A stretch of DNA of 64,000 bases, taken from NCBI GenBank assembly GCA_964646765.1, contig CAZYIA010000003.1, positions 2,815-66,814 of the forward strand, read 5' to 3'. The notes below the pieces were generated by a model. It had not been told where the DNA came from and did no database searches. It saw only the letters and a program-made list of their open reading frames with translations. Position numbers and translations under genes: made by a program. The DNA comes from an uncultured Candidatus Saccharibacteria bacterium. GTDB lineage: Bacteria > Patescibacteriota > Minisyncoccia > Phycocordibacterales > UBA9973. This document shows, piece after piece, positions 56,267 through 64,000 of the stretch. Within the stretch, counting starts at the first letter, position 1. The number at the start of each line of letters is the position of its first letter.

Positions 56267-57964
56267 ATGGAAAATCGAAACTGCCAAAATTGTAAAAAGA
56301 ATTTCACAATTGAATCTCGTGATTTTAACTATTACGAGAAAATTGGTGTTCCAGCACCGTCATGGTGCCCACTCTGTCGTTTTATTCGCCGCACGGCGTT
56401 TGTGAACGGGTGGTCACTTTTTTGGCGAAACTGCGACAAGTGTTCAAAGCGCACGCTTTCGATGTATCCACCGGATCAAAAAATTACGGTGTACTGCCAA
56501 CCGTGTTGGTGGGGAGATAGTTGGGATGGAACCGAGTATGCGCAAGACTATGATCCGTCGAGGCCATTCTTAGAGCAGGTGAAAGAACTTTCAGAGAAGA
56601 CACCATTTTGCGCGCTCGAGACTACATACCTAACGCTCAAAGACTGCGAGTATTGTAATGCAATTGCTTACGGTAAAAACTGCATGCTCGCGACTTGGCT
56701 CGACTACTGCGAAAATGTCTGTTTTTCTTCATACTTAAATGGCAGTAAAGATATTTCAGACTGTCTTCGCATGCAGGAATCGGAACTCTGCTATGAATCA
56801 ATTGGCCAAACAAAAGGGTATCACGTTTTTTATTCAGAAGAGTGTGATGGTTGTACTGATGTATGGTTCTCCCGCAATCTCTATAGTTCGAGTAACTGTA
56901 TTGGCTGTGTAAATATGCGTGGTGCTTCGTACTGTATTTTTAATGAGAAATATACGAAAGAAGAATACGCGGAAAAATTGAAAGAGTTTAAATTACATAC
57001 TCGAGCGGGAATTCTCGCTTTTAAAGAAAAAGCGGAGGCGTTTTGGAAATCTCATCCGTATCGCGAGTACTCAGGAAATACCTTGAACGTAAACGTTACC
57101 GGAGAATATACCTACCAGTCAAAAAATTCTACCGACATGTACATTTCGACTGGCGCCGAAGATTGTGCGCACAGCCAATTTATTACGGTAGCACCAGCGC
57201 GCGACTGTACAGATTACTCGGGGTGGGGAAATGGTGCTGAACTTATTTATGAATCAGCAAACATTGGTGACAACGTGAACAATGTTCGATTTTCGGTCTA
57301 TTGTTTTCCAGATGTGCTGCAGACTGAATACTCAATGTGGGCGATTGCTGGAAAATATAATTTTGGTTGCGTAAATCTTAAAAGAAAACAGTATGCGATC
57401 TTGAACAAGGTTTATGATAAAGAAACTTATGAAAAACTTCGTGCCGAAATTATCGAAGATATGAAAAAGCGTCCATATGTAGATGTAACTGGCAAACAAT
57501 TTTTCTACGGTGAATTTTTCCCGCCGGAGTTTTCAAAGTTTGCATATAACACTTCGAACGCTTCTAAATATTTTTGGAAAACAAAAGAAGAAGTCGCTCT
57601 CATGGGTTCATTTTGGTACGACGAGGAACCGCAAAATATCGTAGCAACAATAACTGCTGATGCATTGCCAGAAACAATTGCCGAAGTGAGCGAGGCGATT
57701 ATGAAAGAAACTATTCAGTGCGCTACCTGTGATCGAAAATATCGTATTGCTCAACTTGAGCTTTCTATTCTCCAAAAGCTCTTAATGCCGATTCCGACGA
57801 GTTGCCCAAAGTGCCGTGAAGCGAGTCGCTTTAAAAAGATGAATATGCCAATACTTCGAGACTCAAGCTGTGCACATTGTGGTAAAGCCATTAAAACGGC
57901 GTTTCCAGCTGATACGGACAAAACTGTGTATTGTGTCTCTTGCTATCAGGCCACAGTGATATAA
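56267..57964 (+). CDS. Cys-rich multi-zinc-ribbon protein, copy 2 (paralog of 7686..9383)
   Basis: Same architecture and length (565 aa): CQNC, CPLC, 'YCQPCWWGDSW', 'ILNKVY', 'FAYN', 'VYCVSCY'. Confidence 0.85.
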   Translation: MENRNCQNCKKNFTIESRDFNYYEKIGVPAPSWCPLCRFIRRTAFVNGWSLFWRNCDKCSKRTLSMYPPDQKITVYCQPCWWGDSWDGTEYAQDYDPSRPFLEQVKELSEKTPFCALETTYLTLKDCEYCNAIAYGKNCMLATWLDYCENVCFSSYLNGSKDISDCLRMQESELCYESIGQTKGYHVFYSEECDGCTDVWFSRNLYSSSNCIGCVNMRGASYCIFNEKYTKEEYAEKLKEFKLHTRAGILAFKEKAEAFWKSHPYREYSGNTLNVNVTGEYTYQSKNSTDMYISTGAEDCAHSQFITVAPARDCTDYSGWGNGAELIYESANIGDNVNNVRFSVYCFPDVLQTEYSMWAIAGKYNFGCVNLKRKQYAILNKVYDKETYEKLRAEIIEDMKKRPYVDVTGKQFFYGEFFPPEFSKFAYNTSNASKYFWKTKEEVALMGSFWYDEEPQNIVATITADALPETIAEVSEAIMKETIQCATCDRKYRIAQLELSILQKLLMPIPTSCPKCREASRFKKMNMPILRDSSCAHCGKAIKTAFPADTDKTVYCVSCYQATVI

Positions 57965-58015
57965 TAGAGGAGTTACTAAAGGTCCTCTTTTATTAGCACT
58001 CACATATACATTTGT

Positions 58016-58270
58016 ATGATGATGCATAAAGGTCCAACAGCAAAAATTTGCTGGATCCTCGTTATTATTGGCGGGCTTAACTGGGGTCTTGTCGGTCTCG
58101 GTATGCTTATTGGCACCAACTTAAATGTGGTGAACCTTATCTTCGGCAGCATGCCGACGCTTGAGGCAATCATTTACCTCATTGTTGGTCTGTCTACCTT
58201 GTGTAAAATTTTTATGCACGGTAAGCACATGGAAGCTCCGATGGGGCAGCCAGGAATGGGCGCAAAGTAA
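58016..58270 (+). CDS. DUF378 membrane protein
   Basis: 'LVIIGGLNWGLVG…N.V..IFG…IYLIVGLS'. Confidence 0.88.
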   Translation: MMMHKGPTAKICWILVIIGGLNWGLVGLGMLIGTNLNVVNLIFGSMPTLEAIIYLIVGLSTLCKIFMHGKHMEAPMGQPGMGAK

Positions 58271-58282
58271 ATATAAAGGTAC

Positions 58283-58321
58283 TTCAAAAACACTCCGACA
58301 ATCTGTCGGAGTGTTTTTGAA
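58283..58321 (+). terminator. Intrinsic terminator
   Basis: TTCAAAAACACTCCGACA-ATC-TGTCGGAGTGTTTTTGAA. Confidence 0.8.
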
Positions 58322-58343
58322 TAAATAGTGTAAAATACCGACT

Positions 58344-58754
58344 ATGAGTGAAGAACAAAAAATTTCGGAGGTAACAGAAACTGTGCCAGCTCCGGCAGCG
58401 CCCGTATATGTTTCGTATGATGAATTTAAAAAGATGGACATGCGCGTTGGCACGATTCAGGAAATTACGCCGGTTGAAGGTGCTGATAAACTACTTCGTT
58501 GTCTTATCGATTTCGGCGAAAAAAATGAAGATGGTACCCGCAAGCTTCGCCAAATCGTTTCTGGTATCCGGGAGTATTTTCCAGAGTTTGAACAGCTGGT
58601 AGGGAAGCAGGTGCTCTACATCATTAACCTTGAGCCGCGAACGATCCGCGGCGTAGAGTCACATGGCATGCTTATGGCCGTTGATGGTATTGATGGCAAA
58701 CCAGTATTTCTTACGCCCGACGTGCCAGTGGCTCCTGGTACCAAAGTTCGCTAA
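58344..58754 (+). CDS. Stand-alone tRNA-binding OB-fold protein (Trbp111/CsaA/MetRS C-terminal-like)
   Basis: 'F.KMDMRVG.I', 'ADKLL', 'RQIVSGI', 'NLEPR.IRGVESHGM'. Confidence 0.9.
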   Translation: MSEEQKISEVTETVPAPAAPVYVSYDEFKKMDMRVGTIQEITPVEGADKLLRCLIDFGEKNEDGTRKLRQIVSGIREYFPEFEQLVGKQVLYIINLEPRTIRGVESHGMLMAVDGIDGKPVFLTPDVPVAPGTKVR

Positions 58755-59356
58755 TGAATTGGCTTAACCCAACATTCTTACTCCAAACATTTGGCCTAGC
58801 CGGAGTTTTTGCAATTGTGTTTGCTGAAACAGGAATGCTCCTTGGATTATTTCTGCCGGGTGATTCACTTCTGTTTGTGGCAGGACTTTTTGCTTGGCAT
58901 GGATACTTTTCTATCTGGGTGCTCTATATCGGTACGACGCTCGCAGCAATTATTGGCGACAGCACAGGCTACTGGCTTGGGAAAAAAGCCGGTCCAAAGA
59001 TTTTTGTTCGCGAGGAATCTTTGTTCTTTAAAAAAAGCCATGTAGAAAAAACCCAAGCATTTTTTGATCGCTACGGAGCGTGGACAATTTTTGTTGCGCA
59101 TTTTATTCCTTTTGTCCGTACGGTTGCTCCTACTATGGCAGGAGTAGGGCAGATGCCGTATCGAACCTTTTTCTTTTGGAATGTATTAGGTGGTATTGTT
59201 TGGACCGCAGTATTCATTTTTAGCGGATTCTTTCTTGGCAAGATATTACCGAATAGCGAGCATCTTCTTTCATACCTAACACTTGGCATCATTGTCGTTT
59301 CTCTCATTCCGGTTGGAGTTCAGCTATTTCGGGTTTGGAAAAATAAACATCACTAG
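58754..59356 (+). CDS. DedA family membrane protein
   Basis: 'FAETG…FLPGDSLLF.AG', 'GDSTGY', 'FIPFVRT'. Confidence 0.93.
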   Translation: MNWLNPTFLLQTFGLAGVFAIVFAETGMLLGLFLPGDSLLFVAGLFAWHGYFSIWVLYIGTTLAAIIGDSTGYWLGKKAGPKIFVREESLFFKKSHVEKTQAFFDRYGAWTIFVAHFIPFVRTVAPTMAGVGQMPYRTFFFWNVLGGIVWTAVFIFSGFFLGKILPNSEHLLSYLTLGIIVVSLIPVGVQLFRVWKNKHH

Positions 59357-59394
59357 GCTGTTTCTTGGAGCAAGTTCGCGTATAATGGGGGAGT

Positions 59395-60477
59395 ATGTCC
59401 GTGTCCTCCCTTAAAACATTTTTCCCAATACCATCGATCATTACGCCGCGTTCAGTTGGTTTTGATGTTTCTGATCAATCAATCAAGTTTGTGGAACTTG
59501 CTGAGCGTTCTTACGGACTCGACGTCATCCGCCACGGTGCAATTTCTATCCCCCAAGGGGTCATTATCTCTGGCAAGATCCAAGACACCGTTCGCTTTAC
59601 CGATATTTTGCAAACATTTCAAAAAAAAGAGCGCGTTAGTCGTGTACGCGTGTCGCTTCCTGAAGAGCAAGTATATCTTTTTGAAATTAGTATCCCGAAA
59701 GTTGAGCCGAAAGAAATTCCAGGAACTATTGAGTTGTCACTTGAGGAACATATTCCAATTAAAGCTTCCGAAGCAGTATTTGATTATTCGCTGATTCGAG
59801 AAACAGAAACAAATTTTGATCTTCAGGTAGCCGCACTTCCTGTTGGCGTAGCAGAAAGTTATGTTTCGGTCTTTCGTGATGCAGGACTTGATCCAATTTC
59901 ATTAGAGCTTGAAGCTCAAGCGGTGGCTCGAGCGGTAACGCAACGAGGGGAGAAAGTAACCGTATTGGTTATCGATTTTGGTGAAACACGAACTGGCATT
60001 TCGATTGTTGAAAATGGCTTGGTGCGGTTTACGACGACGCTTGAAATTGGAGGTTACGCTATTACCAAAACAATTGAAAAAATGTGCCAGTGTAATTTTG
60101 CTGATGCTGAGCGGATGAAGCGCACCATCGGTCTTTCACGCAAGCCTGAGCACGAAGAACTTTTTTCAACATTACTCCAAAGCATTGCCGTACTCCGTGA
60201 CGAAGTAAATAAACACTATCTCTATTGGCATACGCACAAAGATGAGCTTGGCGGGGAACACCAGAAAATTGCGAGTATTACGCTAGTAGGCGGTAATGCG
60301 AACATGCCTGGTCTACAAGAATATCTTGCAGCTTCTCTTAAGACAAAAGTAACGATTGCTAATCCTTGGATTAACATCACCGATCCTCATGTGCGAATTC
60401 CTTCTATTGAAAGTACTGACGCGCTTTCCTATGCCACGGCTCTTGGTCTTGCCTTAGGCGACGAATCATATGATTAA
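59395..60477 (+). CDS. pilM: Type IV pilus assembly protein PilM
   Basis: 'GFDVSDQSIKFVEL', 'IDFGETRT', 'LVGG.A.MPGL', 'ANPW', 'ATALGLAL'. Confidence 0.9.
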   Translation: MSVSSLKTFFPIPSIITPRSVGFDVSDQSIKFVELAERSYGLDVIRHGAISIPQGVIISGKIQDTVRFTDILQTFQKKERVSRVRVSLPEEQVYLFEISIPKVEPKEIPGTIELSLEEHIPIKASEAVFDYSLIRETETNFDLQVAALPVGVAESYVSVFRDAGLDPISLELEAQAVARAVTQRGEKVTVLVIDFGETRTGISIVENGLVRFTTTLEIGGYAITKTIEKMCQCNFADAERMKRTIGLSRKPEHEELFSTLLQSIAVLRDEVNKHYLYWHTHKDELGGEHQKIASITLVGGNANMPGLQEYLAASLKTKVTIANPWINITDPHVRIPSIESTDALSYATALGLALGDESYD

Positions 60478-61024
60478 CATGCTGCCACAACAAGAGCAGA
60501 GCAGGTTACGCCGAGCATACCAATTTCGGATCGCGGCTCTTGGGACAATGATGGCGTCGCTGGTGATGCTTGTTGCCGTTGCTCTCTTACTTCCAGCATA
60601 TATTCTTACGAGTATCCGCCGTCAAACAGTTGCGGATCGTTTAAAAATGTTGGACACACGAGAAATTGATTCTAAGGTTGGTTCACTCAATAGCATCATT
60701 ACTGATATTAATGACCGACTAAAAATTTTCAAAAAGCCTAATGAAATAATGGTGGTTTCATCCGATATGTTGCTCCCGGTGCTTGCACAAACAAAGAGCA
60801 CGCTTTTAGTAAATTCTTTTTCTACCGATCGAACACCGGAGGGGCTCTATACTATTTCAGTTGGTGGGGTGGCAAAAAATCGTGAAGCTCTTCTTATGTT
60901 TGAACGAGCACTACGTGCAACACCAACATTTACTGGGGTAGATGTTCCGATTTCTAACTTTGTACGAGGTTCAGATATTCTCTTTTCAATGCAATTTACC
61001 AAGACTAGTGAAACCAATAAGTAG
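60470..61024 (+). CDS. pilN: Type IV pilus assembly protein PilN-like
   Basis: 'MINMLP' (INLLP-like) + TM + 'G.A..RE.L..F'. Confidence 0.8.
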   Translation: MINMLPQQEQSRLRRAYQFRIAALGTMMASLVMLVAVALLLPAYILTSIRRQTVADRLKMLDTREIDSKVGSLNSIITDINDRLKIFKKPNEIMVVSSDMLLPVLAQTKSTLLVNSFSTDRTPEGLYTISVGGVAKNREALLMFERALRATPTFTGVDVPISNFVRGSDILFSMQFTKTSETNK

Positions 61025-61025
61025 T

Positions 61026-61727
61026 ATGCGAGAATTACGAAAAAGCACGACGCTCTTTATCGCAAGTCTCATCGGATTCTTGGCTCTTTCGGGTATCTAT
61101 ACTTTTATTTTTCTTGACCTTCGAGATAGAAACGCTGCTATTCTCATGATGCACCAGGATCTTTTAGAAAAAGAACATCAGGCAAAAGAACGTTTAGAGC
61201 TTGAGCGAACCATCATCACTACCGATGCTGATCGTCAAACGCTTCAGTCCTACTTTGTTTCCGGAGATAAAGCCGTGGCGTTTCTTGAAACCCTTGAATC
61301 TTACGGAAAAACAGCGGGGACGGCTTTTGAAATTCAAACAGTAGATATTATTAACCCTACAACCCAGACAACAGCTACGTCTCAACCTCAAGGAGATGCT
61401 ACTGATACGAATCAGCCAACAACTACGGTGAAGCCAAGTAACGATGAGCACCCATCATTAGTATTTACTGTTCATGCGTTGGGCCGATTTGAAGATATTT
61501 ATCAGCTTTTGCTTCTGTTAGAAAACGCACCATACGAATTTGAGTTTGAGAAAGTAACCCTACACCATCTTGATTTGAGTAAGAACATCTCTCCAACCGC
61601 TAAGATTGAAGAGGTACTGCCTAAGATGGCTAACATTGAGCGTATTAACCCGGCAAGTATTCTTTACTTATGGGATGCAACATTTACGATTAAACTTCTT
61701 ACATTTACCCCAACGTCACAAGAGTAG
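61026..61727 (+). CDS. PilO-like protein
   Basis: N-terminal TM, coiled coil, 'G.FE.I.QLL..LEN.PY'; position after pilMN. Confidence 0.7.
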   Translation: MRELRKSTTLFIASLIGFLALSGIYTFIFLDLRDRNAAILMMHQDLLEKEHQAKERLELERTIITTDADRQTLQSYFVSGDKAVAFLETLESYGKTAGTAFEIQTVDIINPTTQTTATSQPQGDATDTNQPTTTVKPSNDEHPSLVFTVHALGRFEDIYQLLLLLENAPYEFEFEKVTLHHLDLSKNISPTAKIEEVLPKMANIERINPASILYLWDATFTIKLLTFTPTSQE

Positions 61728-61729
61728 CT

Positions 61730-62050
61730 ATGGATAAACTCAAACACATTTTTGCGCATCATAAACGAACACCGAAGTTTTCGAAGCCGTTTGAGCATTC
61801 TCCGGTACGCATTTGGAAAATTTTTCTCATTGCAACAACACTACTCTCGATTGGAGCTGTGATTGCATCTTGGTTTTTCTTCCGGACTCTTACAACCGAT
61901 GCGGTGTTTGATTCAGACGTACAAGGATCTTCGGGTGAACTTATTCAACACAGTAAATTAGAAACAGTGCTTTCCCACTATAAAGATAAGACAGAAAAGT
62001 TTAAACAATACTCAGAAGAGAAACCGGTGATTAAAGATCCGAGTATATAG
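61730..62050 (+). CDS. Single-TM protein at the end of the pilMNO operon
   Basis: One TM, C-terminal 'DPS'. Confidence 0.7.
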   Translation: MDKLKHIFAHHKRTPKFSKPFEHSPVRIWKIFLIATTLLSIGAVIASWFFFRTLTTDAVFDSDVQGSSGELIQHSKLETVLSHYKDKTEKFKQYSEEKPVIKDPSI

Positions 62051-62059
62051 TATTCGCTT

Positions 62060-62138
62060 GGCCACGAATAATTTCTCGCCGTCGCTCAAAATTTTCTCGG
62101 CCCCGGCTCACGGTTTTTCACCACTAGGTGGAGGAAAT
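62060..62138 (-). ncRNA. 3' half of the tRNA-trailer element, separated from tRNA-Arg(TCT) by an intervening gene
   Basis: - strand CCGTGAGCCGGGGCCGAGAAAATTTTGAGCGACGGCGAGAAATTATTCGTGGCC closely matches 17724-17779. Confidence 0.65.
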
Positions 62139-62732
62139 CTGAACAGTGTTTATTTTTGTAAGTACCCGCCTTCGTATCAGGCAGATAACTATTAGCACCG
62201 TATTCGCAGCTGAAATTGCAATAAGGTAACTCAGTGTTAGAAAGTTATATTCTTTTAAGGCAGCAATCGCAAAACAGTTTCCAACAACAAATAAGATGAA
62301 TGTTAAGACCGTCTCACTCCATGGTTCTTGAAATGCTTTTCGGTAGCTTGGTATATACCCCAAGACATCAATAATACAGATCAGAAGAATTGAAAGGAAA
62401 GGATTTTTAAGTTGCCACCAAATTATTATTGCAGAAAGAACAGCTATAAGTATGACTGTATCGCCGAGAGTGATATTTCTTGTGCCATATTTGAAAGACA
62501 AGAGAAAGATAAGGCACATCATTACTGTCCCTATAATTAACTCAAGTCCACCAATTCCGCCTCCACCATATAACAATCCGGCGAGTGCAGTTCCTTGCGT
62601 CAGAATCCATATGAACCAGGTATAAGCGTGCGGTTGAGTCTTTTTTAAGAAGATGTCTCTTATATAGGGGAGAAACGCCGTTGTACCAACAGCGACAGAG
62701 ATGAAGGCGAATATGAGTTTAATAGGCAACAA
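62124..62732 (-). CDS. Multi-TM membrane protein (PQ-loop-like)
   Basis: 'PYIRDI…TQPH.YTWFIW', 'GYIPSYRK…PWSE'. Confidence 0.8.
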   Translation of the reverse strand: MLPIKLIFAFISVAVGTTAFLPYIRDIFLKKTQPHAYTWFIWILTQGTALAGLLYGGGGIGGLELIIGTVMMCLIFLLSFKYGTRNITLGDTVILIAVLSAIIIWWQLKNPFLSILLICIIDVLGYIPSYRKAFQEPWSETVLTFILFVVGNCFAIAALKEYNFLTLSYLIAISAANTVLIVICLIRRRVLTKINTVQISST

Positions 62733-62766
62733 TTTGAGTATATCAAAATTATAGTTTCTAATTTTG

Positions 62767-62838
62767 TGCCCCCGCGAGGAATCGAACCTCGAATAGCGGC
62801 TTAGAAGTCCGCAGTTATATCCATTTAACTACAGGGGC
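62767..62838 (-). tRNA. tRNA-Arg (TCT)
   Basis: GCCCCTG/CGGGGGC acceptor; anticodon loop CTTCTAA; CGAGG-TTCGATT-CCTCG. Confidence 0.92.
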
Positions 62839-62874
62839 AAGTGGGCATATCTATTGTACTTCAAAAAACAGTTC

Positions 62875-63008
62875 GGGACTCGCCGACTACATCGGCAGGT
62901 ACTTTTCTCATTTGCTTCTCAAATATAGAAAAGTCTTTCAAGTTCCTCACGCGAGCAAAGCAGTTTGCTCGCTCCCGCGCAAAGACGCCCTTGAGGGGCG
63001 TCTTTTTG
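62875..63008 (-). ncRNA. tRNA-trailer element (tRNA-Val) with a variant downstream domain
   Basis: Hairpin; anti-acceptor TGCGCGGG; A; GCGAGCAAA-CTGC-TTTGCTCGC; GT; anti-T GAGGAACTTGAA; two hairpins; sense copy CGAGTCCC. Confidence 0.75.
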
Positions 63009-63081
63009 TGCGCGGTGAGGGACTTGAACCCCCGACCTTTCCGGTGTAAACGGATTGCTCTACCAACTGAGCTAACCGCGC
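63009..63081 (-). tRNA. tRNA-Val (TAC)
   Basis: GCGCGGT/ACCGCGC acceptor; anticodon loop TTTACAC; GGGGG-TTCAAGT-CCCTC. Confidence 0.95.
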
Positions 63082-63145
63082 AGGTAGAACACAGTCTACA
63101 CAATTTATCCTTTTTTTCAATGGGTATTGCTGCTATAGTGCCCGT

Positions 63146-63931
63146 ATGCAAAAAAGTGCCTATCTCGCCACTGCTATCTCGCTTGCCAAGGAGGCAGGTG
63201 AGATTATGCGTAAAAACTTTACGCTTAATATGCAGAAAGAATGGAAAGCTGATCATACTGCGGTTACCGAAACTGATCTTGCCATTAACGAGCTTGTCCT
63301 TAAGAAGCTCAAAGAAAAATATCCTGATCATAGTATTCTCTCAGAAGAAGGAGATGATTTTTCACACGAAAGCGAATATGTTTGGGTATGTGATCCGCTT
63401 GATGGTACGCACAATTTCTCTCATGGAGTTCCTACATCAACATTTGCTCTCGCGCTAACCCACCAGGGAACGCCGATACTAGGCGTGATCTATGATCCTT
63501 TTCTTGATCGAATGTTTTATGCTGAACAAGGGAAGGGAGCCTACTTAAATGGTTCACCAATTCATGTTTCGGAAAGCCCTCTACTTAAAAGAACGGTTAT
63601 TGGTTTAGGAAAATGGGATGGTGTACGCAATTTGTTTCCAGTCGCCGAAGAACTTCGTAATCATGGAGTTAGATTAGTAACCGGGCTTTCCATACATTAC
63701 ATGAGCGCGCTTGTTGCTGCTGGAGAATTTGCTGCTACTTTTTTTAGCAGTACAGCTCCGCATGATACTGCGGCAGCAAAAATTCTTGTTGAAGAGGCTG
63801 GGGGAAAAGTTACTAACCTTTTTGGTGGTTCGAGCCGTTATGATCGTGACGTCGAAGGTCAGCTGACATCAAATGGAATTTTACATGAAGAGCTGCTTGC
63901 CATTATGGACCGTGTTTCTCCTAAAAAATAA
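63146..63931 (+). CDS. Inositol monophosphatase family protein
   Basis: 'VTETD', 'ILSEE', 'WVCDPLDGTHNF', 'HDTAAA…EAGG'. Confidence 0.93.
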   Translation: MQKSAYLATAISLAKEAGEIMRKNFTLNMQKEWKADHTAVTETDLAINELVLKKLKEKYPDHSILSEEGDDFSHESEYVWVCDPLDGTHNFSHGVPTSTFALALTHQGTPILGVIYDPFLDRMFYAEQGKGAYLNGSPIHVSESPLLKRTVIGLGKWDGVRNLFPVAEELRNHGVRLVTGLSIHYMSALVAAGEFAATFFSSTAPHDTAAAKILVEEAGGKVTNLFGGSSRYDRDVEGQLTSNGILHEELLAIMDRVSPKK

Positions 63932-63933
63932 TC

Positions 63934-64000
63934 ATGCATTTTAACGATAGTATTTTATATGAAGATAACGATGTGCTCGTTATCAATAAACCAGCGGGGA
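63934..64000 (+). CDS. RluA-family pseudouridine synthase, 5' fragment
   Basis: MHFNDSILYEDNDVLVINKPAG runs off the window edge. Confidence 0.8.
   Translation, partial: MHFNDSILYEDNDVLVINKPAG

Noticed and set aside
62841-63458. 205-aa (+) and 156-aa (-) ORFs
   Set aside because: They overlap tRNA-Val, its trailer and the IMPase gene in other frames; shadow ORFs.
1-64000. Prophage, integrase, transposase or defence island
   Set aside because: No such genes were recognised; any enzyme acting on the tRNA-trailer elements would have to be encoded elsewhere.

Overview
This looks like a 64 kb chromosomal segment of a CPR/Patescibacteria bacterium, most likely Parcubacteria (inferred from gene content and style; code 11). 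It carries housekeeping genes (polA, holA, tsaE, mutM, ruvA, rpsT, ruvX, nfi, msrB, pilMNO, partial rluA) and five tRNAs (Lys-TTT, Arg-GCG, Ser-TGA, Arg-TCT, Val-TAC). Accessory modules include a Cu nitrite reductase with an axial Gln next to a DoxD-like gene, a cobalamin capture/NrdJ/PduO operon with a putative ArsR operator, a MacAB-type exporter, a kynureninase/response regulator/ThiF/acyltransferase/7TM kinase locus resembling an autoinducer circuit, a BspA/DUF285 surface protein and a pyrC-carA-carB-pyrB operon. The most striking signal is non-coding: all five tRNAs are followed by a full or partial copy of one structured element. In three copies it contains an antisense copy of that tRNA's own acceptor 3' strand and T-arm, split at the acceptor/T junction by a fixed-length 22-nt covarying hairpin with a CTGC loop, and closed by a sense T-arm copy. 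No CRISPR array, integrase or transposase was recognised. All family assignments are from motif recognition by eye, not database searches.
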